Below the pieces are notes generated by a model that worked only from the letters and a program-made list of their open reading frames with translations, ran no database searches and had not been told where the DNA came from. DNA of 64,000 nt from Podarcis melisellensis. Its lineage: Eukaryota. Shown in pieces: positions 50,642-61,495 of this stretch. The DNA lies in NCBI GenBank assembly GCA_964234715.1, contig OZ174279.1; one strand, 5' to 3'. Both the position numbers and the translations under genes were made by a program. Positions within the stretch are counted from its first letter, which is position 1. Every line of letters starts with the position of its first letter.

Positions 50642-52108
50642 GTAAGTAATGCTTTCACCAACTTTGGCACCTGCATATGGCATTTCTTTTTTCCTTTTCT
50701 TTCTTTTTCTGTGTATTTGCCGTATCTGCTTAGAAATACCAGGCAATGATAGCCAATGTCCTTTGAAAGGATTGGCAGATTTCTGATAGCAGGCTTCATT
50801 TTAACCCCCGAAACAGGGTAAAACGACAAATATGTCATTACCAACAGACTGTGTTTCAGCGTTTTCAGTGTGTGTACAGTGACAACGGTACATAAAATTA
50901 TATACAGAAACTGTTTCTTCCACCCATGACCAATTTCATATAACCCTCTTTAATGCACATGTTTCTCCTCTTTGGGTTCTAGCCAGCTGGAGATGTACAA
51001 GCTTTAGTTGCAGGGACAACAAATTCATTTCATTGTAGTTAGTGCTGGTGTCTGAGTTCCCACTTTCGATGTCTCCCCAGAAGTGTAAGAAAAAAGAGAG
51101 CAAATCTCCACATTCTGAGATGCAGGAAGTATATCCCATTTTTGGCAATCATAGTCAAAGAGGGTTTTACTTACCATGGATACATTTGTGCTCAAAAGCG
51201 TTTACAGAAAATAAACAGCCTAAGAACGATCATATGGTGACCATGGTAAAAAAAAATATGCTATATAACACTAAGAAGTCAATAGTTAATAGTAACAGTC
51301 CCATCATGAAGACTTCTAGGGCAAGGAGGTGTGGTGTGGCAGGTGGAAACAACCTTGTGCATAGTGTTGTTTGGGGTGGGGGTTGTTATTTTGTTTGGAG
51401 CAACCACTTTTAAAAGTGAAGATCTGTGTGTTGTTTGCTGTGTTTAGCACTTCCACGAACGTAATGATTCTAAGTTTGCTGCCTCAGGTTGATGTAAGTT
51501 GAGCTCATTTTCTATCAACAGGAAGCCTAATCAGTATTGCTGAATTAATAACTGCACTGCATTGGAATAAGCAAGTTTCTTAGAGAACGGAAGGCAATTC
51601 CCAGGCAGAAACATTTCTGTTGTGTTTAGTGCCTGCTTCTGTTCCAAAGGAGAAAAGCCAAACTGCACTTCTTTACTTTGTTTAAAACCTGCTTCCCCAA
51701 CCAGGTGCCCACCACATATTTTTGATTACAACTCCCATAATCCCTGGTCATTGACTGGGGCTGATGGGAGCTATAGTGCAAAACAGTTTGAGGGCACCTG
51801 GTTGGGAAAGGCTTGTTTAGAATGTATCATGAGGAGAAATGAGGTCAATTTAGTTCTTGCATCAGAAAACAAAATAAAATTTAAAAACAAACAACCTTTT
51901 GGTTAGATGAAATTTCCAATGCAAGTTTATTTTATTAAATTCCTGTCCAGTCTTCCCTCCCAAAGGAGCCCAGTTTATGTCCCCTCTGTCATGCTCTTGC
52001 AGTATCTCATGCTAATGTTTAATATTCCCTATGAAGCACAGTGGATAATACCAATTAAAAAGTTTTCATTATTCTTACTTGTGCTCCTTCTGTAATTGTC
52101 TCCCACAG

Positions 52109-52269
52109 AGGATGAACAGAGAGAAAAATCCATGTCCCACCACACAGTCCAGCAGCTGATTATAGAAAAAGAGCAAGCATTATCAGATCTGAACTCTGTG
52201 GAAAAATCACTGGCAGATCTCTTTAGAAGATATGAAAAAATGAAAGAGGTTCTGGAAGGATTTAGGAAG
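52109..52269 (+). CDS. TACC2: TACC2 TACC-domain exon (EDEQREKS...SDLNSVEKSLADLFRRYEKMKEVLEGFRK)
   Basis: ccacag| acceptor and AAG|gtaagt donor; canonical TACC-domain sequence. Confidence 0.97.
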
Positions 52270-52571
52270 GTAAGTCACTGTGAATAAATACTTGTAGACT
52301 TGTGCCTCAGCCTGGAGGTCCACATGCAACTAAGATGTACAGATAGAGAGGTCTGTTGCACCCAGAGGCTTCTGTGTTCCTTTTAATTGACAGCCTGATT
52401 TTCATCCCTGTTTTGTGTGCAAATCACAATTCCTCCATGGAAATGACTGGAGGTGCACTTGAGGGTGAGGGGAAAGCGACTTGCCATTCGAAGCCGTGAA
52501 GTTTGATCACAAAAAATCCAGTAAAATAATTCTTGCCCTCCTATTAACTCTCCTTTTTCTTTTCACTTAAG

Positions 52572-52678
52572 AATGAAGAAGTATTAAAGAAATGCGCACA
52601 AGAGTACTTATCACGAGTAAAAAAAGAAGAGCAGCGATACCAAGCCCTCAAAATTCATGCAGAGGAAAAGCTGGACAG
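52572..52678 (+). CDS. TACC2: TACC2 TACC-domain exon ([36 protein letters not shown])
   Basis: cttaag| acceptor and AG|gtattt donor. Confidence 0.96.
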
Positions 52679-53696
52679 GTATTTTGGTAGTGGATGAGAG
52701 AAGCCCTGGTCTGTCAACCAAAAGCTTCTGTCTAATTCTCTAACCCGGTGGTGGGAATATCCAACCCATAGGCCAGTTTTGGCCTGACATTGATCCCAAA
52801 TTGATCCACAAGGCCTCTTCCCCCCACCCCCCAAACCATCGTATGTGCTGCCGGGTGTGGGGCAGGTGGAGATGCAGCTAGATTGATTGTGCTGCTGAGT
52901 TCCCTGTGGGGAACTGGATCACACAGCCACCTGTGGCAGAAAGCAGGACTTGAAGCCACCACCCAACAGCTGGTAGGCAATGACTTCAAGCCTGCTGATC
53001 AGCAGCTCTTTGCAAGCCCTGCATGGTGGTTTGAAGTTCCGACCATCATCACCTGATGTCATTATGATGTCAACTGATTGGCAACCTTGCTCATCTGTCA
53101 CAGTTGACTCATGAAGGGTAGAGGAGATAAGAATCTGGCCTGAACAGGTTCCCCTTCCCTGCTCTAGCCTCAGCTAATTTTCATATATTTGCCTCTTTTG
53201 TATTATTTATTCTGAAAGTCATGAGTGGAGGAGGTCCATATATATTGCTGAATCCCTGTGATTCCTGCTCTGTCTTCTGTTCCATCTTCAGCTTCTAAGG
53301 TTTCACTAGACATTGTCTCCATGATTAGAAGGACCATTTTCACAGCCAAAAAAATCCCTTTTTCAAATTGTGCAAACTCAGTTCTGCATTCAGTGGCAAG
53401 TTTTGTACTTGCATAGTATGATCACTGCATAACCACAGCTCTGTTTTATTATAAATTTCAGATTGACTCATGATTGTGTGTTATGAGTCACAACGATGCA
53501 AATTCCAGCCCCCTCCATTATAAACAATGTGTGTGAAATGTTGTCATGTTTAAGTAGCTCTCAAGTGTGACTTTTCCAAGGTCAAGCAGGTACATGGACC
53601 CACTAGTGTGCCTCCATGTGTCAGTGTTGAGAGTGTATACAAAAAGCAAGGCAAACCCTCCACGGCCTGCATTCTTAATGAGCTGTGTTTTCACAG

Positions 53697-53817
53697 AGCC
53701 AATGCTGAAATTGCACAAGTCCGTGGCAAGGCTCAACAAGAACAGGCAGCTTACCAAGCCAGTCTCCGTAAAGAGCAGCTGAAGGTGGATGCATTGGAAA
53801 GAACACTGGAACAAAAG
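53697..53817 (+). CDS. TACC2: TACC2 TACC-domain exon ([40 protein letters not shown])
   Basis: tcacag| acceptor and AAG|gtacac donor. Confidence 0.96.
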
Positions 53818-55098
53818 GTACACTCCCTGTGAATTGTCTTATAAAGCTGCTGCTAGAGGGTGTATTGTGTTTTGTATCTGTGCATCCAGAGTCAGATGTG
53901 GTACTTGCTTGCCCAAACAAATTAAGAACAGGAGAATTCCGACTGAGTAACTCTTTCTGATGTCACAGTTCATGATCCAGTAGGTAATGTGTTTGTTGTC
54001 CAGCTTGAGTATTCTAACTGGAGCTGGGATTTGACCATTGTGAATTATGGGATGATGTATTCAACACAGAGACCTAGCTGGAACTCACAGTTCACCGGAT
54101 CAAAGGGCACCATGTTAAGTTTATCACCATTGTCCGTGGAATCTCTTATGGGTCATTTGTACCGTGTAGGCTGGCATCACATAATACAAGAAGTCACCTT
54201 TGAATGTCAAGTTAATATATCTGGAAAAATTCTGCTTTCCTATTTTAAGTGATATGCCTATTACATGAACTGTATGTGGTGACCATAGCAATTGGATTGC
54301 ATATATGGTATATAGATACAGTATGAAAAACAGCTATTTTTAAAACCTTTTTAAAAATCCAAATGGGCTCTGCATAGATCCCGTTATTTAGAGACAGAGC
54401 TGCATAAAATCAATCACTGGCTTTAAAACTGTAGAGTTCTCCCTTTGCAGGTACAAAAACTGATAAAGCTGCAGGCTGTGTTTTGAGCTTGACACCTTGA
54501 ACAGACTTGCACCTTTAAGTAAAGATCCTGTCATAAAAGCATACCAAAAGCATGGATGAACCCAATTTACACTTGTTGGACCTAATTTGTTTTTTGTTTT
54601 TTTACAAGAAGCCCAAGATCCATCAACCAGAGCTAAATGCAAAAGATACATAGTTAGAATTAAATGTGCTTTGAGCACATTCTGACCCTAGACATTTGTT
54701 GACAAGACCAAAAGTGGAGCTCACAGTCCTTTCCCACAAAAGTCCACTCCTGGTTCACTTTCTTCATTTCCACAGCCTTATAAAAAGTGCCATTTTGCAG
54801 TTGCTAAACAATTGGGAGTCAGAAATCTTGCAGCAATCTTCTGCAGATCTTCCAGAGATCTACCTTTTGCCACTCCTGGCCTAAAGTCCCTTTGGAGGCA
54901 TTGGTACAGCAGCAGCTGCTACTGTTTCAGTGTTGGAAAGGTTTCATATTGACATCATGACAAATGCATGGTGCCCTTCTTTCCATGCTGAGACTATGCT
55001 CCCAGTGCCATCATCAACTGGTGCAGTGACTACTCGAAACGTAAATACAGCTTGGCACTAACAGATGTTTCCTTGCTTTGTTGTGTGTTCTTTTTCAG

Positions 55099-55164
55099 AA
55101 TAAAGAAATAGAAGAATTGACGAAGATTTGCGATGAACTGATTGCCAAAATGGGGAAAAGCTAA
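55099..55164 (+). CDS. TACC2: TACC2 last coding exon (NKEIEELTKICDELIAKMGKS*)
   Basis: tttcag| acceptor; ELTKICDELI is the TACC C-terminal motif; TAA at 55162-55164. Confidence 0.97.
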   Translation, partial: NKEIEELTKICDELIAKMGKS

Positions 55165-55591
55165 CTTTTAACCAAAATCCTGGATTTCAACCTTGAGTGC
55201 AATATGACCATTGGCACACTGATGTCCACACATTGATGTGAACAGGATCTATTTTCACTTTTTTGTATGCACTACTGTATTTTTCTTTCTTAATAATGAT
55301 TGATTTGATTGTATGCAGTACTAAGAAGACTATCAGATTCCTTGCTATTGTTTGCAATTTTTTCCGTAGAATAATTCATAGCAAGTTGATCTCAAAAAGT
55401 TCCTGTATCAGGGAGATTTGTCAGATTCTTTAATAAATTGCAGATGCTCATCCTAGCCTTTTCCCTTTGTACATGAGTTCCCATGTTGGATGTCCTTTTT
55501 TTTTTTTTGGATTTAATATAAATGTGTATTACTTGCATGGGGACTCTTGCCTTAAGGAATGTACATTTTATCTGCATTTGCTGATTTGTAA

Positions 55592-55603
55592 AATAAAAAT
55601 AAA
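55592..55603 (+). terminator. TACC2 polyadenylation signals (tandem AATAAA; another at 55432)
   Basis: AATAAAAATAAA about 430 nt after the stop codon, followed by U/GU-rich sequence. Confidence 0.65.
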
Positions 55604-56089
55604 ACTTGAAAAACGAAGGGGATTGTCCCATCAAGTCGTTATTATCAACGAATTTTCATTTCCAACTGGGTAATAGGTATGTCTTTATTCCACTACTTGT
55701 GTGTGTGCTTTAAATGGAATTCTAGATCCCTGATGGAGGGGGTACCCAGATATTTAACAAACAGCATGGCATCCAAGTCCTCTATACCTTCATGAGATGA
55801 GACTCATTTTTTTCTTTTTGTCCAAAAGAAGCAGCACTAATCCCCAGAGGCTAAGTAGTAAATATATTTAGGGGTTTAATCATTGATCTGGTGACTAGCA
55901 CTGTTCATTGATCTTGCTTATCTTGCCTTTAAGACTTCTGCAGTGGCATTTTCACAGGTAACTTGAAACTTGCCAGAATTACCACCTGTGTATCTTTGAT
56001 CTCATCACCACTTTGATTCACAAGTAAAGCTACCTTTGGTGTAAGGTCACCTCTATCCTCTGTGGGAAAGGATATAGCGGTGGGAGAAC

Positions 56090-56335
56090 GAGAGAGAGCT
56101 TGGGCGTTGTAGTGGTTAAGAGCGGTGGACTCGTAATCTAGGGGACCGGGTTCGCTTCCCCGCTCCTCCAAATGCAGCTGCTGGGTGACCTTGGGCCAGT
56201 CACACTTCTCTGAAGTCTCTCAGCCCCACTCACCTCACAGAGTGTTTGTTATGGGGGAGGAAAGGAGAATGTTAGCCGCTTTGAGACTCCTTCGGGTAGT
56301 GATAAAGCGGGATATCAAATCCAAACTCTTCTTCT
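56090..56335 (+). mobile_element. Young tRNA-derived CORE-type SINE between TACC2 and the Ly6/uPAR gene
   Basis: TGTAGTGG A box, GGGTTCGCTTCCC B box, GGGTGACCTTGGGCCAGTCAC core and (TCT)n tail; retains CpGs. Confidence 0.8.
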
Positions 56336-56936
56336 ACTTATAGCCAATGAAATTGTCCTGTCACTGGCCCCTGCATCTTCACCAGAGGGTTGGAAGAACC
56401 CTCAAAACACATTTGGGGTAGGGCGTGGTTTGCAGGGAGAGAAAGTCCCAGTGTGCAGGCAGGGATGACTTCATTGGATACAAGCAGCTATGTGTATGTT
56501 AAGTGAGTGGGATTGTGTGTGGGTCTGGCCCCACAGAATAATGCAGCCCTCAATCTGAAAAAAGTCTTCCCCACTTCCAGTTTAATCTGAAAGACAAATC
56601 TCCACCTATCCATCCCTAAGTAATATGAAAACGGATATCAAATAGTTTACGTTCATGAGGTTTGCTTCTAATTAAATATAATTATAGACTTATTTGATGT
56701 TGTGGCAGATAAAACAGTTTCTTCTAGATGATGATTAAAATTTATTTCCTGAGAAAGTTGTAGAGAAGAATTACATCTGGTTTGAAGGACAACTGGGAAG
56801 AACTAGATAAGCAGCATTCTGCACACCTCTTTATCCTCGACATCATCCTCTATAGAGGATTAACTATGCTGAATAAGCATTAGAGCTTTAATGACAAACA
56901 GTTTGCTTTGTCTAATGATACATTTCTTGGCTCTCC

Positions 56937-56991
56937 ATGATGAAGCCATTTGCCAGCTTGGTCCTCCTCAGTTTGCTTTTCACCATCCAAA
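56937..56991 (+). CDS. Ly6/uPAR (three-finger) gene, exon 1: signal peptide MMKPFASLVLLSLLFTIQ
   Basis: Basic-then-hydrophobic signal peptide; A|gtaagt phase-1 donor, as is typical of LU genes. Confidence 0.85.
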
Positions 56992-58143
56992 GTAAGTCAT
57001 TTTGCTCTATTTGTTCTCTCTGCTTTATGGTACCTGGCACATTTAGCATTTCTTCATGTCAGATGCATTATTTTGTTGGTTCCAGTGCTTTTCTTCTAGA
57101 AAAGAAAGGTGCCGGTAGATGTTACAGTAAGTGCACCACTTTTCACCAATGCTTTTCAACTAGAAAAAGGGTGCTGGTACTGCATATTCTTGAGTACCCC
57201 CAGAAAAAAGCACTAATTGCTTCCATGAATGGGGGTTTGCTAATACTAGGGAATACTTTTTGCATAGCTTTCTGATGCAATAGTTACAGTAATGGCCAGC
57301 TCTTTGATGTATATTTAATTGGTTCCTGCTAGAACATCTTTGGGAATGAATCAATTTTTAGTTAGGTTGCTTAAGTTATCTTCCAAATGCATATGGCTGA
57401 TTAACATCCTATATCCTTTTAAATGTGCTTGTGGGAGCAGGCAGTTATTGTTTTGTTTTGTTTTGTTCTTGTTTAAGTTTTTATTGCATATTTTATGCTG
57501 TGAACAGCTCTGAGATCTTCAGATGAAGTACAGTTTACAAATTTAATAAATGAAAAATAAATAAATATCAGCATTAAATTTTCACAGGGTTGTTCCTGTT
57601 GCTGATCTGCTACAACAGATAAACAACCCCCTCCTCTGAGTGAAGCTTGGAAACCATTCATGTTGAAAATGTGTCTCTTTAGATGCTGAATATTTAGTTT
57701 TTAAATCATCATTCAGATTTGCAGACACGAGCAAGGGAAAGCAGTACAGTACCTTGCTGAAACTGAAATTTACAGGATTTGGAATTCGTAATTTCTCTTC
57801 TTTTCCTGGTTGGCATTATAATGTGAATAGTAAAAGTTGCATGCTACCGTTTCAAAGTTTCTTGCAAGATCTCACTTTTATTAGGAGGCAAAGTAGACAT
57901 CACACTTTTCAAATATGTTAACTCTGTTAAGTGTGGGGTAAATAGAAACAAGCCCAAGATGTTTGTGAATTGATCTGCCTCTTCTCACGAATTAAAACCC
58001 AATACAATGACTTCTTACTAGATTCTCCATTATTCTTTGGCAATGTTTGTGTGAAATATAAGTCAACTTGCCCTTTTTATTTGAAGATGATTTTCCATAG
58101 TTCTTTGCATATAAGGCCTTCATCTGTTTTTAATTGATGACAG

Positions 58144-58260
58144 GCGAAGCACTGCAATGCTATACGTGTGTAGGTACAAGTGATGAAGAATGTAACAGAC
58201 AAGGTACTGAGCAATGTCCAGGGAATTCTGATGCCTGCGCAATCATAAGAGGACAGTCAA
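58144..58260 (+). CDS. Ly6/uPAR gene, exon 2 (S-EALQCYTCVGTSDEECNRQGTEQCPGNSDACAIIRGQS)
   Basis: gacag| acceptor and A|gtaagt donor; LxCYxC start and Cys1-5 of the LU domain. Confidence 0.92.
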
Positions 58261-58705
58261 GTAAGTGGTTGTATAATGGTCATAATCAAAACTATTTCTG
58301 GTTAATTTCAAGCAATGGAAACTTCTGAGAATTTTGCCAGCCAGAAGGGGGGGGTGGAGGCCATAACACAGAGCAGAATCCATTTGCATTTTATCTTTAA
58401 CATTATTGATAAATTACATTTCGGTCCACTTTTGTCCTGAACTTTCAAATATCCATAAATACAGCATTTAAAATCCATAATTCTGAAGGGCCATTTAATC
58501 CAGATAATTTAAATTTATGGGAATGTTGTCTGTATTGTGTTCTTTTCCCTTGTTAAATACTGTACTCTCAATTACTCAGTAACTGAGTAAATTTCATGCC
58601 ATCAGAAGTCTAACTAGATTTTCTACTATAAGGAGACAAAAGATAAATGTGCTATTGTTGAAGGTCTGTATTTCCTGTGGGTTTTAGCAGGTATTGCATA
58701 GATGA

Positions 58706-58794
58706 TAATATAGCAAGTTACTTGAGATGTTAACTAATTTACCTGAAGATTAATATAGCAAGTTACTTTGATGTTAACTAATTAATTTGAAGAT
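58706..58794. repeat. Two-copy tandem duplication of about 45 bp
   Basis: TAATATAGCAAGTTACTT..GATGTTAACTAATT...TGAAGAT repeated at 58706 and 58751. Confidence 0.85.
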
Positions 58795-59951
58795 ATCAAT
58801 CAATATTGACAAGATACCAAGATATAGTATGAAAGCATAGAATATTTCCAAGAGTCTCAGTAATAGTTGAAATAATCACAAGCACATTTCAGAAGCTTCC
58901 TAAGGAACTGGAGCTAGCCTTTCAATAAACATCTTGCCCAAATGATGTCCCTCTCCGCTGTTCCAATGGAGAAGAGGAGATGCCTTCAGTAGCTTTCCAC
59001 ACCCAAAGTTAAGGAAGTTCAGATGGGGGAACTTAAAACTGTAGTTTCTGTCTAATATACCTTTAAACTCATGAACTTGGCTAGTAATATCTCTCTTTAA
59101 AAGGTCCTTGATAAACACTTCAACAATTGAGTTATTTTGCTTCAGGTTATGACAAATTTAGATAAGTATTCACTTTATTTTCATGTTTCTTTCCTGATTA
59201 TACCAACCTTTTGAACTTTTGGAACATTCATTTATTGTCTCTTGAATTTACTCTTAAAGTTCAATTTCCCACTTACATGTCAGCATTTCCTAAACAATGA
59301 GTTTCCACAGACAAGACACTTGATTTTAGGCAAGGTTTGAGTTCTCTATCTGATCCATCTTCTCTGAAACCCGAAAAACATTTCCATCACATGTTCATCA
59401 TATCATATTAGCAAGCAGTATAAACAATACCAACAATACAACCAAGGTTGCTTTCTCTTAAGCTCCTTAAAGTTCTCTCTTTCCTCTTCTGGAGATGTAA
59501 CTAAAGCAGGTGAACTAGTATTTTGTCATTGTCACCCTTTCTCAATATTTCTATGAGATAAAAGGCAGCAATGAAGCAAAGATTAATAATGAACTATTTA
59601 GGCTTCAAGCCTAGAGTAGGAACAAGCAGAAACTTGGGATTAGAACATCAGTCTATGTTTTTCTAACATCCACAACCATTTTTCTGGATGGCAACTAAAT
59701 AAAGGGAAGTCTTGAATCTTCTAATAGGCATGTAAATTTGTAGCTACACTTCTCGACTGACAAATAAAATAAAATGCGTTTTATAAAGCCAAATCAATGT
59801 AATATTGTTCCTTAAAATGGCAGTGCTTTCACCTAGGATAAGCAGTTTGAAGATGTGAGCCTAGATGTTCCGATTCAAGCTAATAAGATAAAGAAGCAGT
59901 TAAGCATGGATGGTGTAATATGTTCTGGATTTGTTTCTGAATCTATTCTAG

Positions 59952-60148
59952 GTGGCATTATGAAGTCGTGTTCGTATAGGTCATTCTGTGAGCGAGCGCG
60001 GAGGGAAGGTTCAAGGGCGCCTGGAGTGAGTGTCCACTGCTGCTATTCAAATAATTGCAATGCCAAAGGCCTGGGCTCAAAACATATTCCCTCCTCCGGC
60101 TACTTCTCATTACTTCTTTCTGCTCTCTTGTGGCACTTCTTTTTTTAA
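59952..60148 (+). CDS. Ly6/uPAR gene, exon 3 (S-GIMKSCSYRSFC...HCCYSNNCN plus hydrophobic GPI-type tail)
   Basis: ttctag| acceptor; Cys6-10 with the CCxxxxCN motif; ends GYFSLLLSALLWHFFF*. The spliced CDS is 369 nt (122 aa) with no internal stop. Confidence 0.92.
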
Positions 60149-61380
60149 CCCGGAATGGAATTTGAACAGGAACAGAAGATGGAAAGGAAGCTATTCAACC
60201 AGAGCTACAATACTGTATTTGAAGGATTGATATCAGGAAACCCAAATGAGCACTCCTATGACCATAGGACATTACATTAAAAAAAATATCAGTGGCAGTT
60301 AAAGATGTTGGTTGGAGCAGAGGGCACAGAAAAGCAGACATAAACCCTGAAACAGTTTGGTCTCAATCCTATGTATTTTCAGTCATTGAGTATTTCAAGG
60401 CTATTGTTTTAACCAGATGTGTTTCAACCATATTGTTGGTTTTAATATGATTCTATATTGGGATAATGCGAGAGCAGGTTTGGGGAGACCAGCAAATGGC
60501 ATTGTACCTATGATGCTAAGTAACATAAATTTGTAATATTAAGCAGAAGCAGCACAGGATTCGCACAGGATTAATCATGGTTAATGTGACAGTTTTATGT
60601 TTTTAATCATGAAGGTGAACCACTTTGGGAAAGCTTGCCCTGAAATGTAATAGATAATCTAGTTAGAAGAGTTAGTTCTGTCCATAAGAAAAACCCATGA
60701 GCTGAATCAATGTGTAAACTGGGCTGGGCTGATAAGCCCAATCTTTTACCAACAATATGTGCACCATCATTCCCCCCTCCTCGTTGTTAATTCAGCATGT
60801 GAGTATTTCTCATGAACTGGGCTTTATTTGACAATTAATCCCACAAACAAGCAAAACATAGCTGCCAGCAGCAGCCTTGTAATGATGTATGTGAAGCTTT
60901 CCAATCTGACAATGGTAAAGAGCCTCTGTGAGACCAGCAATGTCACGAAATTACTTATGGAACAATAGAGCTTAGCAATCCTCCTCCAGGAACTCTTTCT
61001 CAAGGAACTCTCCTAACAGGAACTCTTTGTGATGAATGGTTTAGTGGAGAAGAAATAAACAAAATGATTTGAAAATATACCTAAAGCCTGATTTTATAGA
61101 GTTAGTTGAGTAGCTTTGGTACCATTCTGCATATTTCACAGCCGACTGTTGGAAAATCAAGTCCTTAAAATGGCCTTGTGGCATTGGATGGATATTACGA
61201 AAACATGATGGGCAAAGGGAGTACAGCTTTATCTAGGATGATCCCTAGGGTAGAAACTGCAAATCCAGATTAAGCAATGACACAGTTTCTGGTCACTAGG
61301 CTTCTTAGGTTGCATTCCTATACCTACCTACCTGGGAGTAAGTCTTATTAAATCCAATAGGACTTGCTTCTGAGTAGACA

Positions 61381-61495
61381 TTAAGAACATAAGAAGAGCC
61401 TGTTGAATCAGGCCAATGGCCCATTAGTCCAGCCTCCTGTTCTCACAGCAATCAACCAGATGCCTGACTCAAGCACAAGATCACTCTCCCCTCCC
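61381..61495 (-). mobile_element. CR1-type 3'-end fragment
   Basis: TAAGAACATAAGAAGAGCCTG...TCAGGCCAATGGCCCAT.TAGTCCAGC..CCTGTTCTCACAG. Confidence 0.65.

Noticed and set aside
56097-56175. tRNA-like sequences here and at 1050, 11340 and 39823
   Set aside because: These are SINE heads continuous with SINE bodies and tails; none has an intact cloverleaf or a Pol III terminator.
58800-59560. AT-rich region in LU intron 2 with a short minus-strand ORF, possibly a decayed L1 ORF1
   Set aside because: Too degenerate to call without a repeat-library search.
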